Shown here: piece after piece, positions 1 through 8,835 of the stretch | How positions within the stretch are numbered: the first letter of the stretch is position 1 | Layout of the letters: each line of letters opens with the position of its first letter | NCBI GenBank assembly: GCA_030619905.1 | Contig: JAUXAO010000003.1 | Coordinates: forward strand, 1-52,118 | Source of the DNA: a bacterium | Lineage (GTDB): Bacteria; Patescibacteriota; Minisyncoccia; Minisyncoccales; CG1-02-41-26 | Reading direction: 5' to 3' | DNA length: 52,118 bases | The notes under the pieces: generated by a model | What the model was told of the DNA's origin: nothing | Seen by the model: the letters and a program-made list of their open reading frames with translations, nothing else | The model's database searches: none | Program-made: the position numbers and the translations under genes

Positions 1-644
1 ATACAGTACATCAATATACACTTTCTACTGCCTGGGATGTTTCAACAGCAACTTATGCTGATAAATCTAAAGATGTAAGTTCTCAAGAAACAGGGCCTCG
101 TGGTGTAACCTTCAGCTCTGACGGAAGCAAGATGTATATTATGGGAACTGCCAGTGATACAGTACATCAATATACACTTTCTACTGCCTGGGATGTTTCA
201 ACAGCAACTTATGCTGATAAATCTAAATATGTGGGTTCTCAAGATACAGGGCCTCGTGGTGTAACCTTTAGTTCTGACGGAAGCAAGATGTATATTATGG
301 GAATTACCAGCGATACAGTATATCAATATACACTTTCTACTGCCTGGGATGTTTCAACAGCAACTTATGCTGATAAATCTAAAGATGTAAGTTCTCAAGA
401 AACATTGCCTCATGGTGTAACCTTTAGTTCTGACGGAAGCAAGATGTATATTGTGGGAACTGCCAGCGATACAGTACATCAATATACACTTTCTACTGCC
501 TGGGATGTTTCAACAGCAACTTATGCTGATAAATCTAAAGATGTAAGTTCTCAAGAAACAGGGCCTCGTGGTGTAACCTTCAGCTCTGACGGAAGCAAGA
601 TGTATATTGTGGGAACTGCCAGTGATACAGTACATCAATATACA
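1..644 (+). repeat. Intragenic tandem repeat, 156-bp period (about 4.1 copies visible)
   Basis: Unit starts (ATGTATATT) at 132, 288, 444 and 600; partial unit at 1-131; a core of about 60 bp is identical in all full copies. Confidence 0.97.
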
Positions 645-2762
645 CTGCCTATTGTTCCAGACCAAGTTACTGGAGTATCAGCAACTGATGGAGATTATAC
701 AGATAAAGTTCGTGTTACTTGGGATGCGGCAAGTGGAGCAGATAAATACTATGTATGGCAGGGTTCAAATTGGGTTGATGTCGGTAATGTATTAACTTGG
801 GACCATACAGGAGCACCTGCACCAACTATTACTGTAGGAACTGCATCAGCATCAGACGGAACAAGTTTAAGTTACGTAACTTTAAGTATTTCAGGAGAAT
901 CTGTAAATAATGGGTCATCTGTTTTATATAAAGTAAAAGCCTGGAATACTACTGGATACGGCCCTGAAAGTGCAAGTAATTCAGGATATAGAGGAGTGGG
1001 AACTTTAACTTATCAATGGCAAAGAAGTGCTGGAGATAGTGATGCAGACTATTCAAATATAGATGGAGCTAATACTGACCTTTATAATGATACAGAAGCA
1101 CCTGAAAACGGAGATGGAAGGTATTACAAATGTGTTCTAAATGCAACAGGAGCAACCCAACAAACTACAAATAGTGATAGGGGCTACAGGATTGATACTG
1201 TTGCTCCTACTTTAACCTATGTTCATATTCAATCTAATAATACCAGTACCACCTTGGCCAAGGTTGGTGATGCCATCACTTTAACCTTTACTGCCAATGA
1301 AACAATTGCTACTCCGACTGTAACCATTGCTGGAACTTCAACTGGAGTTACCATTACCAATCCTACAGGAGACAATTGGGAGGCAACTCGTGATATGGTC
1401 TCAGCTGATTCTGAAGGAACAGTGAGTTTCACTGTTAACTTTGAAGATTCAGCAGATAATCCTGGGACTGAGGTTAGTACTGTTACTGATGACACCAGCG
1501 TCACCTTTGACAAGACTGCTCCAACTAATATTGGAGTCTCAACAATTACAGCTGATTCCAGTTCTCAACTGACGATTACAGCTCAAACTGCTACTGATGC
1601 TGGTTCGGGTTTACACTCTACTCCTTATTGGTTTAGAGAGACTACTAGTAATAGCGGTGGTTCCGACTCTACTGCCTGGCAAACTTCAACTAGTTTTGTA
1701 GATGATGGCCTTTCAGCTAGTGCTGAGTATACTTATCAAGTTAAAGCCAGGGACTCTGCGAATAATGAATCTAATTATTCTGCTACTTCCCCTAAGTATA
1801 CCTTAGCCAATGTTCCTAGTGATTTATCCGGTTCTGCTGACTCTGGTTCTCAAATTACTGTTTCTTGGTCAGCTAATTCTAATTCTGCTAATACCCAGTA
1901 TTATATAGAAAACACTACAGCTAGCACTAATTCTGGTTGGACCACTGAGACTTCCTGGAGATCAACTGGGCTTTCTTGTGGTACAAGTTATACTTTCAAA
2001 GTAAAAGCCAGGAATGGAGATAAGACAGAAACCAGCACTATCTCTTTGACAAAATCCACTCTTTCTTGTCCTGGTGGCGGTATGCCAGTCGCTTGGTTTA
2101 TGTTACCTAAACCTCCAACCGGAGGCTTTCAAATTTTAATAAATAATGGGGCAAAATATACCAATAACCAAAAGGTAACTCTTAATCTTAATGGCGGCTC
2201 TGATACCGAAAGAGTGGCTGTTTCTAATTTTCCCGATTTCCGAGATGCAGGCCAGGAAACATATACCCAAGTCAAAGAATGGGATTTATGCAGAGGTCGG
2301 ACTTCTTGCCTTGAGGGTGAATATATTGTTTATGCTAAATTTTATGCCCCCTGGGGAACGGCTTCAGAAGTTGTTTCAGATACGATTATTCTAATTAAAG
2401 AAATGACCATTGGAGAACTTAAAGCAAAGATTGCTGAACTTAGAGCTACTATCCAGCAATTGCAATTTCTTCTAGCTCAAATAATTAAGGTTCCAGAAAT
2501 TCCAGCTGGCTATCAATTTACTAAATATCTTTGGTATGGCCAAAAAGATGAAGAAGTTAGATATTTACAAATATTTCTTAAAGCCCAGGGAAAAGAGATT
2601 TATCCTGAAGGTTTAGTGACTGGTTACTTTAAATCTTTAACCGAGGCTGCAGTGAAGAGATTTCAGATAAAATATGGAATAGTTTCTTCTGAAGATGACC
2701 ATGGAGCAGGTTATATTGGACCAAAGACTAGAGCCAAGATCAATGAAATTTTAGGACCTTGA
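3..2762 (+). CDS. Large surface/secreted protein, 5'-truncated: beta-propeller-like 52-aa repeats, FN3/Ig-like domains, C-terminal peptidoglycan-binding domain
   Basis: The frame is open from position 3 (TVHQYTLSTAWDV...), so the real start is upstream of the window; the ORF track starts at internal Met 132. Repeats contain PRGVTFSSDGSKMYIVG; FN3-like segments (YTYQVKARD, YTFKVKARNG); C-terminal LWYGQKDEEVRYLQIFL...TGYFKSLTEAAVKRFQ is PG_binding_1-like. Confidence 0.8.
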   Translation, partial: TVHQYTLSTAWDVSTATYADKSKDVSSQETGPRGVTFSSDGSKMYIMGTASDTVHQYTLSTAWDVSTATYADKSKYVGSQDTGPRGVTFSSDGSKMYIMGITSDTVYQYTLSTAWDVSTATYADKSKDVSSQETLPHGVTFSSDGSKMYIVGTASDTVHQYTLSTAWDVSTATYADKSKDVSSQETGPRGVTFSSDGSKMYIVGTASDTVHQYTLPIVPDQVTGVSATDGDYTDKVRVTWDAASGADKYYVWQGSNWVDVGNVLTWDHTGAPAPTITVGTASASDGTSLSYVTLSISGESVNNGSSVLYKVKAWNTTGYGPESASNSGYRGVGTLTYQWQRSAGDSDADYSNIDGANTDLYNDTEAPENGDGRYYKCVLNATGATQQTTNSDRGYRIDTVAPTLTYVHIQSNNTSTTLAKVGDAITLTFTANETIATPTVTIAGTSTGVTITNPTGDNWEATRDMVSADSEGTVSFTVNFEDSADNPGTEVSTVTDDTSVTFDKTAPTNIGVSTITADSSSQLTITAQTATDAGSGLHSTPYWFRETTSNSGGSDSTAWQTSTSFVDDGLSASAEYTYQVKARDSANNESNYSATSPKYTLANVPSDLSGSADSGSQITVSWSANSNSANTQYYIENTTASTNSGWTTETSWRSTGLSCGTSYTFKVKARNGDKTETSTISLTKSTLSCPGGGMPVAWFMLPKPPTGGFQILINNGAKYTNNQKVTLNLNGGSDTERVAVSNFPDFRDAGQETYTQVKEWDLCRGRTSCLEGEYIVYAKFYAPWGTASEVVSDTIILIKEMTIGELKAKIAELRATIQQLQFLLAQIIKVPEIPAGYQFTKYLWYGQKDEEVRYLQIFLKAQGKEIYPEGLVTGYFKSLTEAAVKRFQIKYGIVSSEDDHGAGYIGPKTRAKINEILGP

Positions 2763-2775
2763 GATATTTATTCAG

Positions 2776-2795
2776 TTGTGCTTAGCTAAGCACAA
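2776..2795. repeat. Perfect 20-bp palindrome TTGTGCTTAGCTAAGCACAA
   Basis: Read directly; it equals its own reverse complement. Confidence 0.9.
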
Positions 2796-2814
2796 GCTCC
2801 TACTTACTAAAAGG

Positions 2815-2843
2815 AAACTATCCTAAGAGATAGTTTTTATTTT
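2815..2843 (+). terminator. Intrinsic terminator candidate
   Basis: AAACTATC-ctaaga-GATAGTTT followed by a T-rich run, downstream of the surface protein gene. Confidence 0.55.
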
Positions 2844-2874
2844 AAGAAATCTATAGTATTATTTAATTAAACAG

Positions 2875-4140
2875 ATGTATAAAAAAACTACCTTAAAAAA
2901 TGGCTTACGGTTTATTGCCGTTCCAATGAAAAATACAAAGGCGGTGACTGTTTTAGTCATGGTTGGAACTGGTTCCAAATATGAAACAAAAGAGCTGAAC
3001 GGTATCTCCCATTTTCTGGAGCATATGTTTTTTAAAGGGACCAAGAATCGGCCTACAACCTTAAAAATCGCAGAGACTTTAGACAGGGTAGGGGGAGTTT
3101 ACAACGCCTTTACTTCAGAAGAGTTTACTGGATATTGGGCCAAGGTTGACTGGAAGCATCTGGATCTGGCTTTAGACTGGGTCTCTGATATCTTTTTAAA
3201 CTCAAAACTTGAAGAAAAAGAAATAAAAAGAGAAAAAGGGGTAATAGTCGAAGAAATAAATATGTATCTGGATACTCCGATAAGTTATATTGGAGATCTC
3301 TGGGAAAAATTACTCTATGGCAATCAACCAGCTGGTTGGCTGACAATCGGGGAAAAGAAGAATATTTTAAAATTTAAAAGAAAACACCTCTTAGATTATC
3401 TCGGAAATCATTATTCTGCTTTAAACACGATAGTTTGTATTGCTGGGAATTTCAATCAAAAAGGAGTAAAAAACAAAGTTGAAAAATACTTTAAAGGTCT
3501 GAAGAAAAAATCTGCTAAAAAGAAGCTGAGAGTAATCGAAAAACAGAAACATCCCCAAAGTTTAATACACTACAAAAAAACTGACCAAACTTATCTTTGT
3601 CTGGGGGTCAGGGGATATAGTTTATTTCAGCCGGAGAAATATAGTCAAGAGATTTTGACTAGCATTCTTGGAGCCAATATGAGTTCCCGTTTGTTTATTT
3701 CAATAAGAGAAAGAAAAGGGCTTTGTTATTATATTCGGACTTCTTCGGATTACTCGACTGACACTGGCTATCTCGTTACTCAGGCCGGCATTCCTCACAA
3801 GAATATAGGAGAGGTCATAAAGTTAATTCTGAAAGAATATAAAGATGTTAAAACAAAGAAGGTTTCAGATCAGGAACTTAAAAAAGCCAAAGATTATCTA
3901 AAGGGAATTTCTACTTTAAGTTTAGAATCTTCAGATGCTCAAGCATCATTTTATTCATTACAAGAATTACTTTCTCGTAAAATTTTGACACCGAGAGAAA
4001 AATTTGCCAAACTTGATAAAGTTACTCTGGATGATGTCCAAAAAGTAGCTCAAAATATCTTTAGACCGGAAAAATTAAATTTAGCTCTTATTGGACCACA
4101 TAAAGATAAATCAAAGTTTCAAAAATTATTGAAACTATAA
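2875..4140 (+). CDS. M16 family (pitrilysin-like) zinc peptidase
   Basis: Inverted zinc motif HFLEH (HxxEH); YNAFTS; LFISIRERKGLCY. Confidence 0.93.
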   Translation: MYKKTTLKNGLRFIAVPMKNTKAVTVLVMVGTGSKYETKELNGISHFLEHMFFKGTKNRPTTLKIAETLDRVGGVYNAFTSEEFTGYWAKVDWKHLDLALDWVSDIFLNSKLEEKEIKREKGVIVEEINMYLDTPISYIGDLWEKLLYGNQPAGWLTIGEKKNILKFKRKHLLDYLGNHYSALNTIVCIAGNFNQKGVKNKVEKYFKGLKKKSAKKKLRVIEKQKHPQSLIHYKKTDQTYLCLGVRGYSLFQPEKYSQEILTSILGANMSSRLFISIRERKGLCYYIRTSSDYSTDTGYLVTQAGIPHKNIGEVIKLILKEYKDVKTKKVSDQELKKAKDYLKGISTLSLESSDAQASFYSLQELLSRKILTPREKFAKLDKVTLDDVQKVAQNIFRPEKLNLALIGPHKDKSKFQKLLKL

Positions 4141-4148
4141 ACTGTCAT

Positions 4149-5192
4149 ATGGACCAACAATCTATTCTCAATATTAGTTGGGGAACAATTTTCAAAATTT
4201 GTCTGGCTGTAATTTGTCTTTATATTCTTTATTTAATCAGAGATATTGTTGTTTGGTTTATTTTTGCTTTGGTAATTTCAGTCCTATTTAATTTTTTAAT
4301 TGATCCTTTGGAAAAAAAGAAAATTCCTCGAGTAATAGGAGCAAGTGTTTGTTATCTTAGCATATTTGCCCTTTTGAGTTTTTTCATTTACAAGACTGCT
4401 CCGATATTCATTTACGAAATTAAAGAATTTACTCAAAATATTCCTCAGTACCTTGAACAAATTTCGCCATTTCTTCAAAAATTTGGAATTTTAGCTTCTC
4501 AGAATACTCAATCACTTGCCGAAACCTTAGAGGTTAATTTAGAAAAGGCGGGGGGAAGTATTTTTAATGCTTTATTCAGTATTTTTGGCGGAGCTTTTTC
4601 TACTATATTTATTATTTCCTTGTCATTTTTTATATCTTTAGAAAAAGGTTTAGTCGAGAGGATATTAGTTACTTTTTCTTCTTCCGGATATCATAAATAT
4701 CTACATCACCTTTTGGAAAAATCAAAAAGAAAAGTTGGAGGCTGGTTTATTTCAAGGGTAATCGGAGTTCTTTTTGTAGGGATAAGCACTTATATCGTTT
4801 TAACAATTTTTAATGTTGAATATGCCCTTATTTTAAGTTTATTCGCTGGTATCTTTGATTTTGTTCCTATTGTCGGCCCTATTTTAGCCGGATTAGTCAT
4901 AACTTTTATTGTTGCTCTAACTTCTGTTTTTCAAGCGCTGTTTGTTTTATCAGCTTTTGTTATTATTCAGATACTTGAAGGTAATCTTCTTCTGCCGCTT
5001 CTTTTTAAAAAATTTGTTGGTATGCCTCCTGCTTTAGTTTTAATAGCTTTGGCTATTGGAGGAAAACTCTGGGGGATTTTAGGGGCAATTTTGGTTATTC
5101 CGTTAGCTGGAATTATTTTTGAAATTTTAAGAGATTATTTAGAAAAACAGAGGCAGGCAGAAGAGAAAGAAAAAGAAGTGACTATACTTTAA
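4149..5192 (+). CDS. AI-2E family (PerM-like) membrane transporter
   Basis: Multi-TM protein; FDFVPIVGP and QILEGNLLLP...GGKLWGILGAILVIP motifs. Confidence 0.88.
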   Translation: MDQQSILNISWGTIFKICLAVICLYILYLIRDIVVWFIFALVISVLFNFLIDPLEKKKIPRVIGASVCYLSIFALLSFFIYKTAPIFIYEIKEFTQNIPQYLEQISPFLQKFGILASQNTQSLAETLEVNLEKAGGSIFNALFSIFGGAFSTIFIISLSFFISLEKGLVERILVTFSSSGYHKYLHHLLEKSKRKVGGWFISRVIGVLFVGISTYIVLTIFNVEYALILSLFAGIFDFVPIVGPILAGLVITFIVALTSVFQALFVLSAFVIIQILEGNLLLPLLFKKFVGMPPALVLIALAIGGKLWGILGAILVIPLAGIIFEILRDYLEKQRQAEEKEKEVTIL

Positions 5193-5193
5193 T

Positions 5194-5871
5194 ATGGCTA
5201 TTCTTTATATTGTAGGTACTCCTATTGGGCATCTTAAAGATGTCACTATTCGGGCCCTTGAAATTCTTGAGGGCGTTGATTTAATTTTATGTGAAGATAC
5301 CAGGGTTACCCAGAAACTTTTAAACCATTTTAATATAAAAACTAGAACTTTATCCTATCATCAGCATTCAAAACTTAAGAAAATAAGATATATATTAGAG
5401 CTTTTAAGAAAAGGAAAGAATTTGGCTTTAGTTTCTGATGCTGGGACACCTGGAATTTCAGATCCGGGAAATAAATTAGTTGAAGAAGTAGCCAAGTTGT
5501 TAGGTGATGAAGTAAGAATTGTTCCTGTGCCTGGGGTATCAGCTTTAACAGCGGCAGCTAGTATTTCTGGATTCCCAACAGATAGATTCTTATTTTTAGG
5601 ATTTCCTCCTCAAAAGAGAAAAAGAAAAAAGTTTTTTGAAGAAGTTATAAATTCAAAATACCCAGTAATTCTTTATGAGTCTCGTTATCGAATTCTAAAA
5701 ACCTTAGATGAATTAGAAATAATAAATGATAAATTATCAGTGGTGGTCTGTCGGGAATTGACTAAAAAATTTGAGACAGTTTACCGGGGGACAGTTGATA
5801 AAGTAATTAAGGAACTGAAATTAAAGGGTCAAATCAAAGGAGAGTTTGTTGTTATAATAAATAAAGGATAA
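5194..5871 (+). CDS. rsmI: 16S rRNA C1402 2'-O-methyltransferase
   Basis: LYIVGTPIGHL, CEDTR, VSDAGTPGISDPG, CRELTKKFE. Confidence 0.95.
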   Translation: MAILYIVGTPIGHLKDVTIRALEILEGVDLILCEDTRVTQKLLNHFNIKTRTLSYHQHSKLKKIRYILELLRKGKNLALVSDAGTPGISDPGNKLVEEVAKLLGDEVRIVPVPGVSALTAAASISGFPTDRFLFLGFPPQKRKRKKFFEEVINSKYPVILYESRYRILKTLDELEIINDKLSVVVCRELTKKFETVYRGTVDKVIKELKLKGQIKGEFVVIINKG

Positions 5872-5874
5872 TCT

Positions 5875-7344
5875 ATGCCAGAAAAAAAGAAAAAATTTTA
5901 TATCACGACCACTCTTCCTTATGTCAATGCTGACCCTCATCTCGGTTTTGCCTTAGAGATTGTTCAGACAGATGTTATTGCTCGTTATCATCGTCAGGCA
6001 GGGGATGAGGTTTTTTTTAACACTGGTACAGATGAACATGGTCTTAAGATTTATCGCAAAGCCAAAGAGCAAAATTTACCTACTCGGGCTTTTTGCGATA
6101 TTTACGCCAAAGAGTTTGGTGATTTAAAACAGGCTCTGGATTTAAGTTATAACAGTTTCATTCGAACCAGTGATGAATGTCATATTAAAGCAGCCCAGGA
6201 GTTTTGGCGTCGTTGTAAGGAGAATGGCGATATTTACAAAAAGAATTATAAGGCTAAATATTGTATAGGATGTGAGCTGGAAAAAACCGACTCAGAGCTG
6301 GTTAACGGCAAATGCCCTATTCATCCAGACCAAATCTTGGAGATTATTGAAGAAGAAAATTATTTTTTCCGTTATTCAAAATATCAGGATAAACTTTTAT
6401 CTTTATATCAAAAAAATCCTCAGTTTGTTTTACCTAAGGCTCGCTTAAATGAAATTAAACAGTTTACCAAAAAAGGATTGCAAGATTTTAGTATTTCCCG
6501 TTTAAAGGAAAAATTACCATGGGGGGTATCAGTACCTGGAGATGAAAAACATACCATGTATGTTTGGTTTGAGGCATTAGTTAGCTATATATCATGCTTG
6601 GGATGGCCTGATGATCAAGAGAAATTTGGAGACTTTTGGCCTGGTATTCAAGTAGCTGGTAAAGATAATCTGCGTCAGCAAAGTTCAATGTGGCAAGCAA
6701 TGCTTATGTCAGCTGGTCTTAATCTATCAAAGCAAATTTTAATCCATGGTTTTGTAACATCTGATGGCCAAAAAATGTCAAAAAGTTTGGGAAATGTTAT
6801 TAGTCCTTTTGAATTAGTTAAGAAATATGGAACAGATGCAGTAAGGTATTTTCTTTTAAGAGAAATTACTCCGACTGAAGATGGAGATTTTACTTATGAC
6901 AAATTTGAGGCAAGATATAATAGTGATTTGGCTTCAGGTTTAGGAAATTTAGTAGCAAGAGTCACTACGCTTGGGCAAGGAAAGAATTTTGAATCAGGGG
7001 TAATAAATAAAGAATTTAAAACCGAGATTAGTAAAACATGGGAGAATTATAAAAATTCTTTAGACAATTTTAAATTTAATGAAGCTTTGATCTCAATTTG
7101 GGAGTTAATGAGTTTTTGCGACAGATATATTGAAAAAGAAAAACCTTGGGAAGAAAGTGATAACAAATTATCAATTATTAATAATCTCTTATTTGTCTTA
7201 ACTAATATTGCCCAGATGCTTCAGCCATTTTTACCCGGGACTTCGGAAAAAATATTTAAGCAATTAGGAATAAAATCCTCTGATAAAGAATGGCATTTCA
7301 AAGTGAAAAAAGAAAAATCACTTTTTCCTCGTCTAATCCCTTGA
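5875..7344 (+). CDS. metG: Methionine--tRNA ligase (short form)
   Basis: TTTLPYVNADPHLG, GTDEHG, KMSKS; no C-terminal tRNA-binding domain. Confidence 0.95.
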   Translation: MPEKKKKFYITTTLPYVNADPHLGFALEIVQTDVIARYHRQAGDEVFFNTGTDEHGLKIYRKAKEQNLPTRAFCDIYAKEFGDLKQALDLSYNSFIRTSDECHIKAAQEFWRRCKENGDIYKKNYKAKYCIGCELEKTDSELVNGKCPIHPDQILEIIEEENYFFRYSKYQDKLLSLYQKNPQFVLPKARLNEIKQFTKKGLQDFSISRLKEKLPWGVSVPGDEKHTMYVWFEALVSYISCLGWPDDQEKFGDFWPGIQVAGKDNLRQQSSMWQAMLMSAGLNLSKQILIHGFVTSDGQKMSKSLGNVISPFELVKKYGTDAVRYFLLREITPTEDGDFTYDKFEARYNSDLASGLGNLVARVTTLGQGKNFESGVINKEFKTEISKTWENYKNSLDNFKFNEALISIWELMSFCDRYIEKEKPWEESDNKLSIINNLLFVLTNIAQMLQPFLPGTSEKIFKQLGIKSSDKEWHFKVKKEKSLFPRLIP

Positions 7345-7369
7345 CAGATTTTTGAGGATAATATAAAAT
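7341..7369 (+). promoter_or_regulatory. sigma70-type promoter
   Basis: TTGACA (7341-7346), 17-bp spacer, TAAAAT (7364-7369); overlaps the metG stop codon. Confidence 0.6.
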
Positions 7370-7543
7370 ACATCTATAACATTTATTAGATTACATGTCG
7401 CTAAAAATAGAGAAAAAAATTGATTCACTAAATCTCTCAACTAAGATCTTTAAAGGGATTCTTTACATTACCCTTTTTAATCTGTTGGGAGATTTTAGTA
7501 GATAAAAAATAATAAAAATATAAAAAACAATAAAACTACTAAG

Positions 7544-7570
7544 AATCTCCCGAAAAACAGGGAGGTTTTT
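7544..7570 (+). terminator. Hairpin/terminator candidate inside an AT-rich intergenic region
   Basis: CTCCC-gaaaaaca-GGGAG then GTTTTT. Confidence 0.45.
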
Positions 7571-7716
7571 CATTTATAGGACCTTAAAAAATAAATAAAA
7601 GAAAGTGAGGTGATAAAGATGAAATCTCTACAAGGAAAAGAATAAAAGGAATCTAAATAGATAGCGGAGAAAAAAAGAAAGAAAAAAAGAAAAAAAGAAA
7701 GGAGGAGAAAAAGAGA

Positions 7717-7908
7717 ATGAAAGTTTTTTCCAGAGGGGATAATGATTTTACGTTATTTTCTAATTTATGTGAAAAAGAGGGAAAGATCAGAAAAAAACTA
7801 AAGGATCCCAGTCTCGATAAAAAGGAAAAAGAAAAATTGCATCACCAACTTAAAGGATTAGGAAGGTCAATACTAGGAACAATGGCTAAGCTTAAGAAAA
7901 GAATATAA
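7717..7908 (+). CDS. Small basic hypothetical protein (63 aa)
   Basis: Preceded by GGAGGAG Shine-Dalgarno and followed by a terminator; no recognised motif. Confidence 0.6.
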   Translation: MKVFSRGDNDFTLFSNLCEKEGKIRKKLKDPSLDKKEKEKLHHQLKGLGRSILGTMAKLKKRI

Positions 7909-7918
7909 TATGATTTAT

Positions 7919-7949
7919 AGGGTGGTTCAAAAAACCACCCTCTTTTCTT
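7919..7949 (+). terminator. Intrinsic terminator
   Basis: AGGGTGGTT-caaaa-AACCACCCT followed by CTTTTCTT. Confidence 0.7.
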
Positions 7950-7986
7950 GGTTGAGATTTAGAATTAAATTTGTTAACATTGTTTT

Positions 7987-8739
7987 ATGTTGATTGATAC
8001 TCATGCTCACTTAAGTTTTAAAGATTTTAATAAAGATCGTGATCAGGTAATCAAGCGGGCTTTTGAAATTGGAGTAGAGAAGATTATTAATGTAGGAACT
8101 AACCTTGAAGACTCAAAAAATTCTATTGCACTGGCAGAAAAATATAAAAATATTTATGCAACCGTAAGTCTCCATCCGATTGATGTTGAAAATGAAAAAT
8201 TTGATGAAGAATTATGGTTGAAATTAGCTAAGGATCAAAAGATAGTAGCGATTGGTGAGACCGGCCTTGATTTTTTTCATTCATCTGATAAAGAAAAGCA
8301 AAAGGAAGTTTTTAAAGCGTTAATTAAAATAGCTTGTCAAGTGGGAAAACCTTTAATTCTCCATAGTCGAGAATCTGACAAAGAAGTTTTGGATATTCTT
8401 AGCCATAGTAAGTTACCTCCTAAAAGAGGAGTAATCCATTGTTTTAGCAGGGATTATACTATAGCCAAAAAATTTTTAAACCTGGGATTTCTAATTTCTT
8501 ATACTGGCAATATTACCTATAATAAAGAAAGCAGCTCTTCTATTCTGAGAGTTCCTTTAAATAAAATAATGATTGAAACAGATTGCCCATTTATGGCTCC
8601 CGTACCTTTTCGGGGTAAAAGGAATGAACCGAGTTATGTAAAATATATAGCAGAGAAAATTGCTGAGATTAAAAATATAACTTTTGAAGCAGCAGCAGAA
8701 AGAACTACTCAAAACGCCAAAAGCTTATTTAATTTGTAA
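7987..8739 (+). CDS. tatD: TatD family metal-dependent hydrolase
   Basis: IDTHAHL, AIGETGLD, ILHSR, VIHCF, MIETDCPF. Confidence 0.93.
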   Translation: MLIDTHAHLSFKDFNKDRDQVIKRAFEIGVEKIINVGTNLEDSKNSIALAEKYKNIYATVSLHPIDVENEKFDEELWLKLAKDQKIVAIGETGLDFFHSSDKEKQKEVFKALIKIACQVGKPLILHSRESDKEVLDILSHSKLPPKRGVIHCFSRDYTIAKKFLNLGFLISYTGNITYNKESSSSILRVPLNKIMIETDCPFMAPVPFRGKRNEPSYVKYIAEKIAEIKNITFEAAAERTTQNAKSLFNL

Positions 8740-8791
8740 TCCTCATTGTCTTTTGAGGTTGAACCTTGGAGGATTTTTCTTTTTTTAATGC

Positions 8792-8820
8792 TTGTTAAAA
8801 AATAGTCCGGATGCTAAAAT
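8792..8820 (+). promoter_or_regulatory. sigma70-type promoter of leuS
   Basis: TTGTTA, 17 bp, TAAAAT with a TG extended -10. Confidence 0.5.
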
Positions 8821-8835
8821 AAAAATATTAATAGC

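Noticed and set aside
1-644. CRISPR array or DGR template/variable repeat
   Set aside because: Repeats are contiguous in-frame coding units without unique spacers; differences are not adenine-specific; no cas or reverse transcriptase gene in the window.
5875-7344. Short MetRS as a truncation
   Set aside because: Monomeric MetRS without the C-terminal tRNA-binding domain is a common natural form; catalytic motifs are intact.
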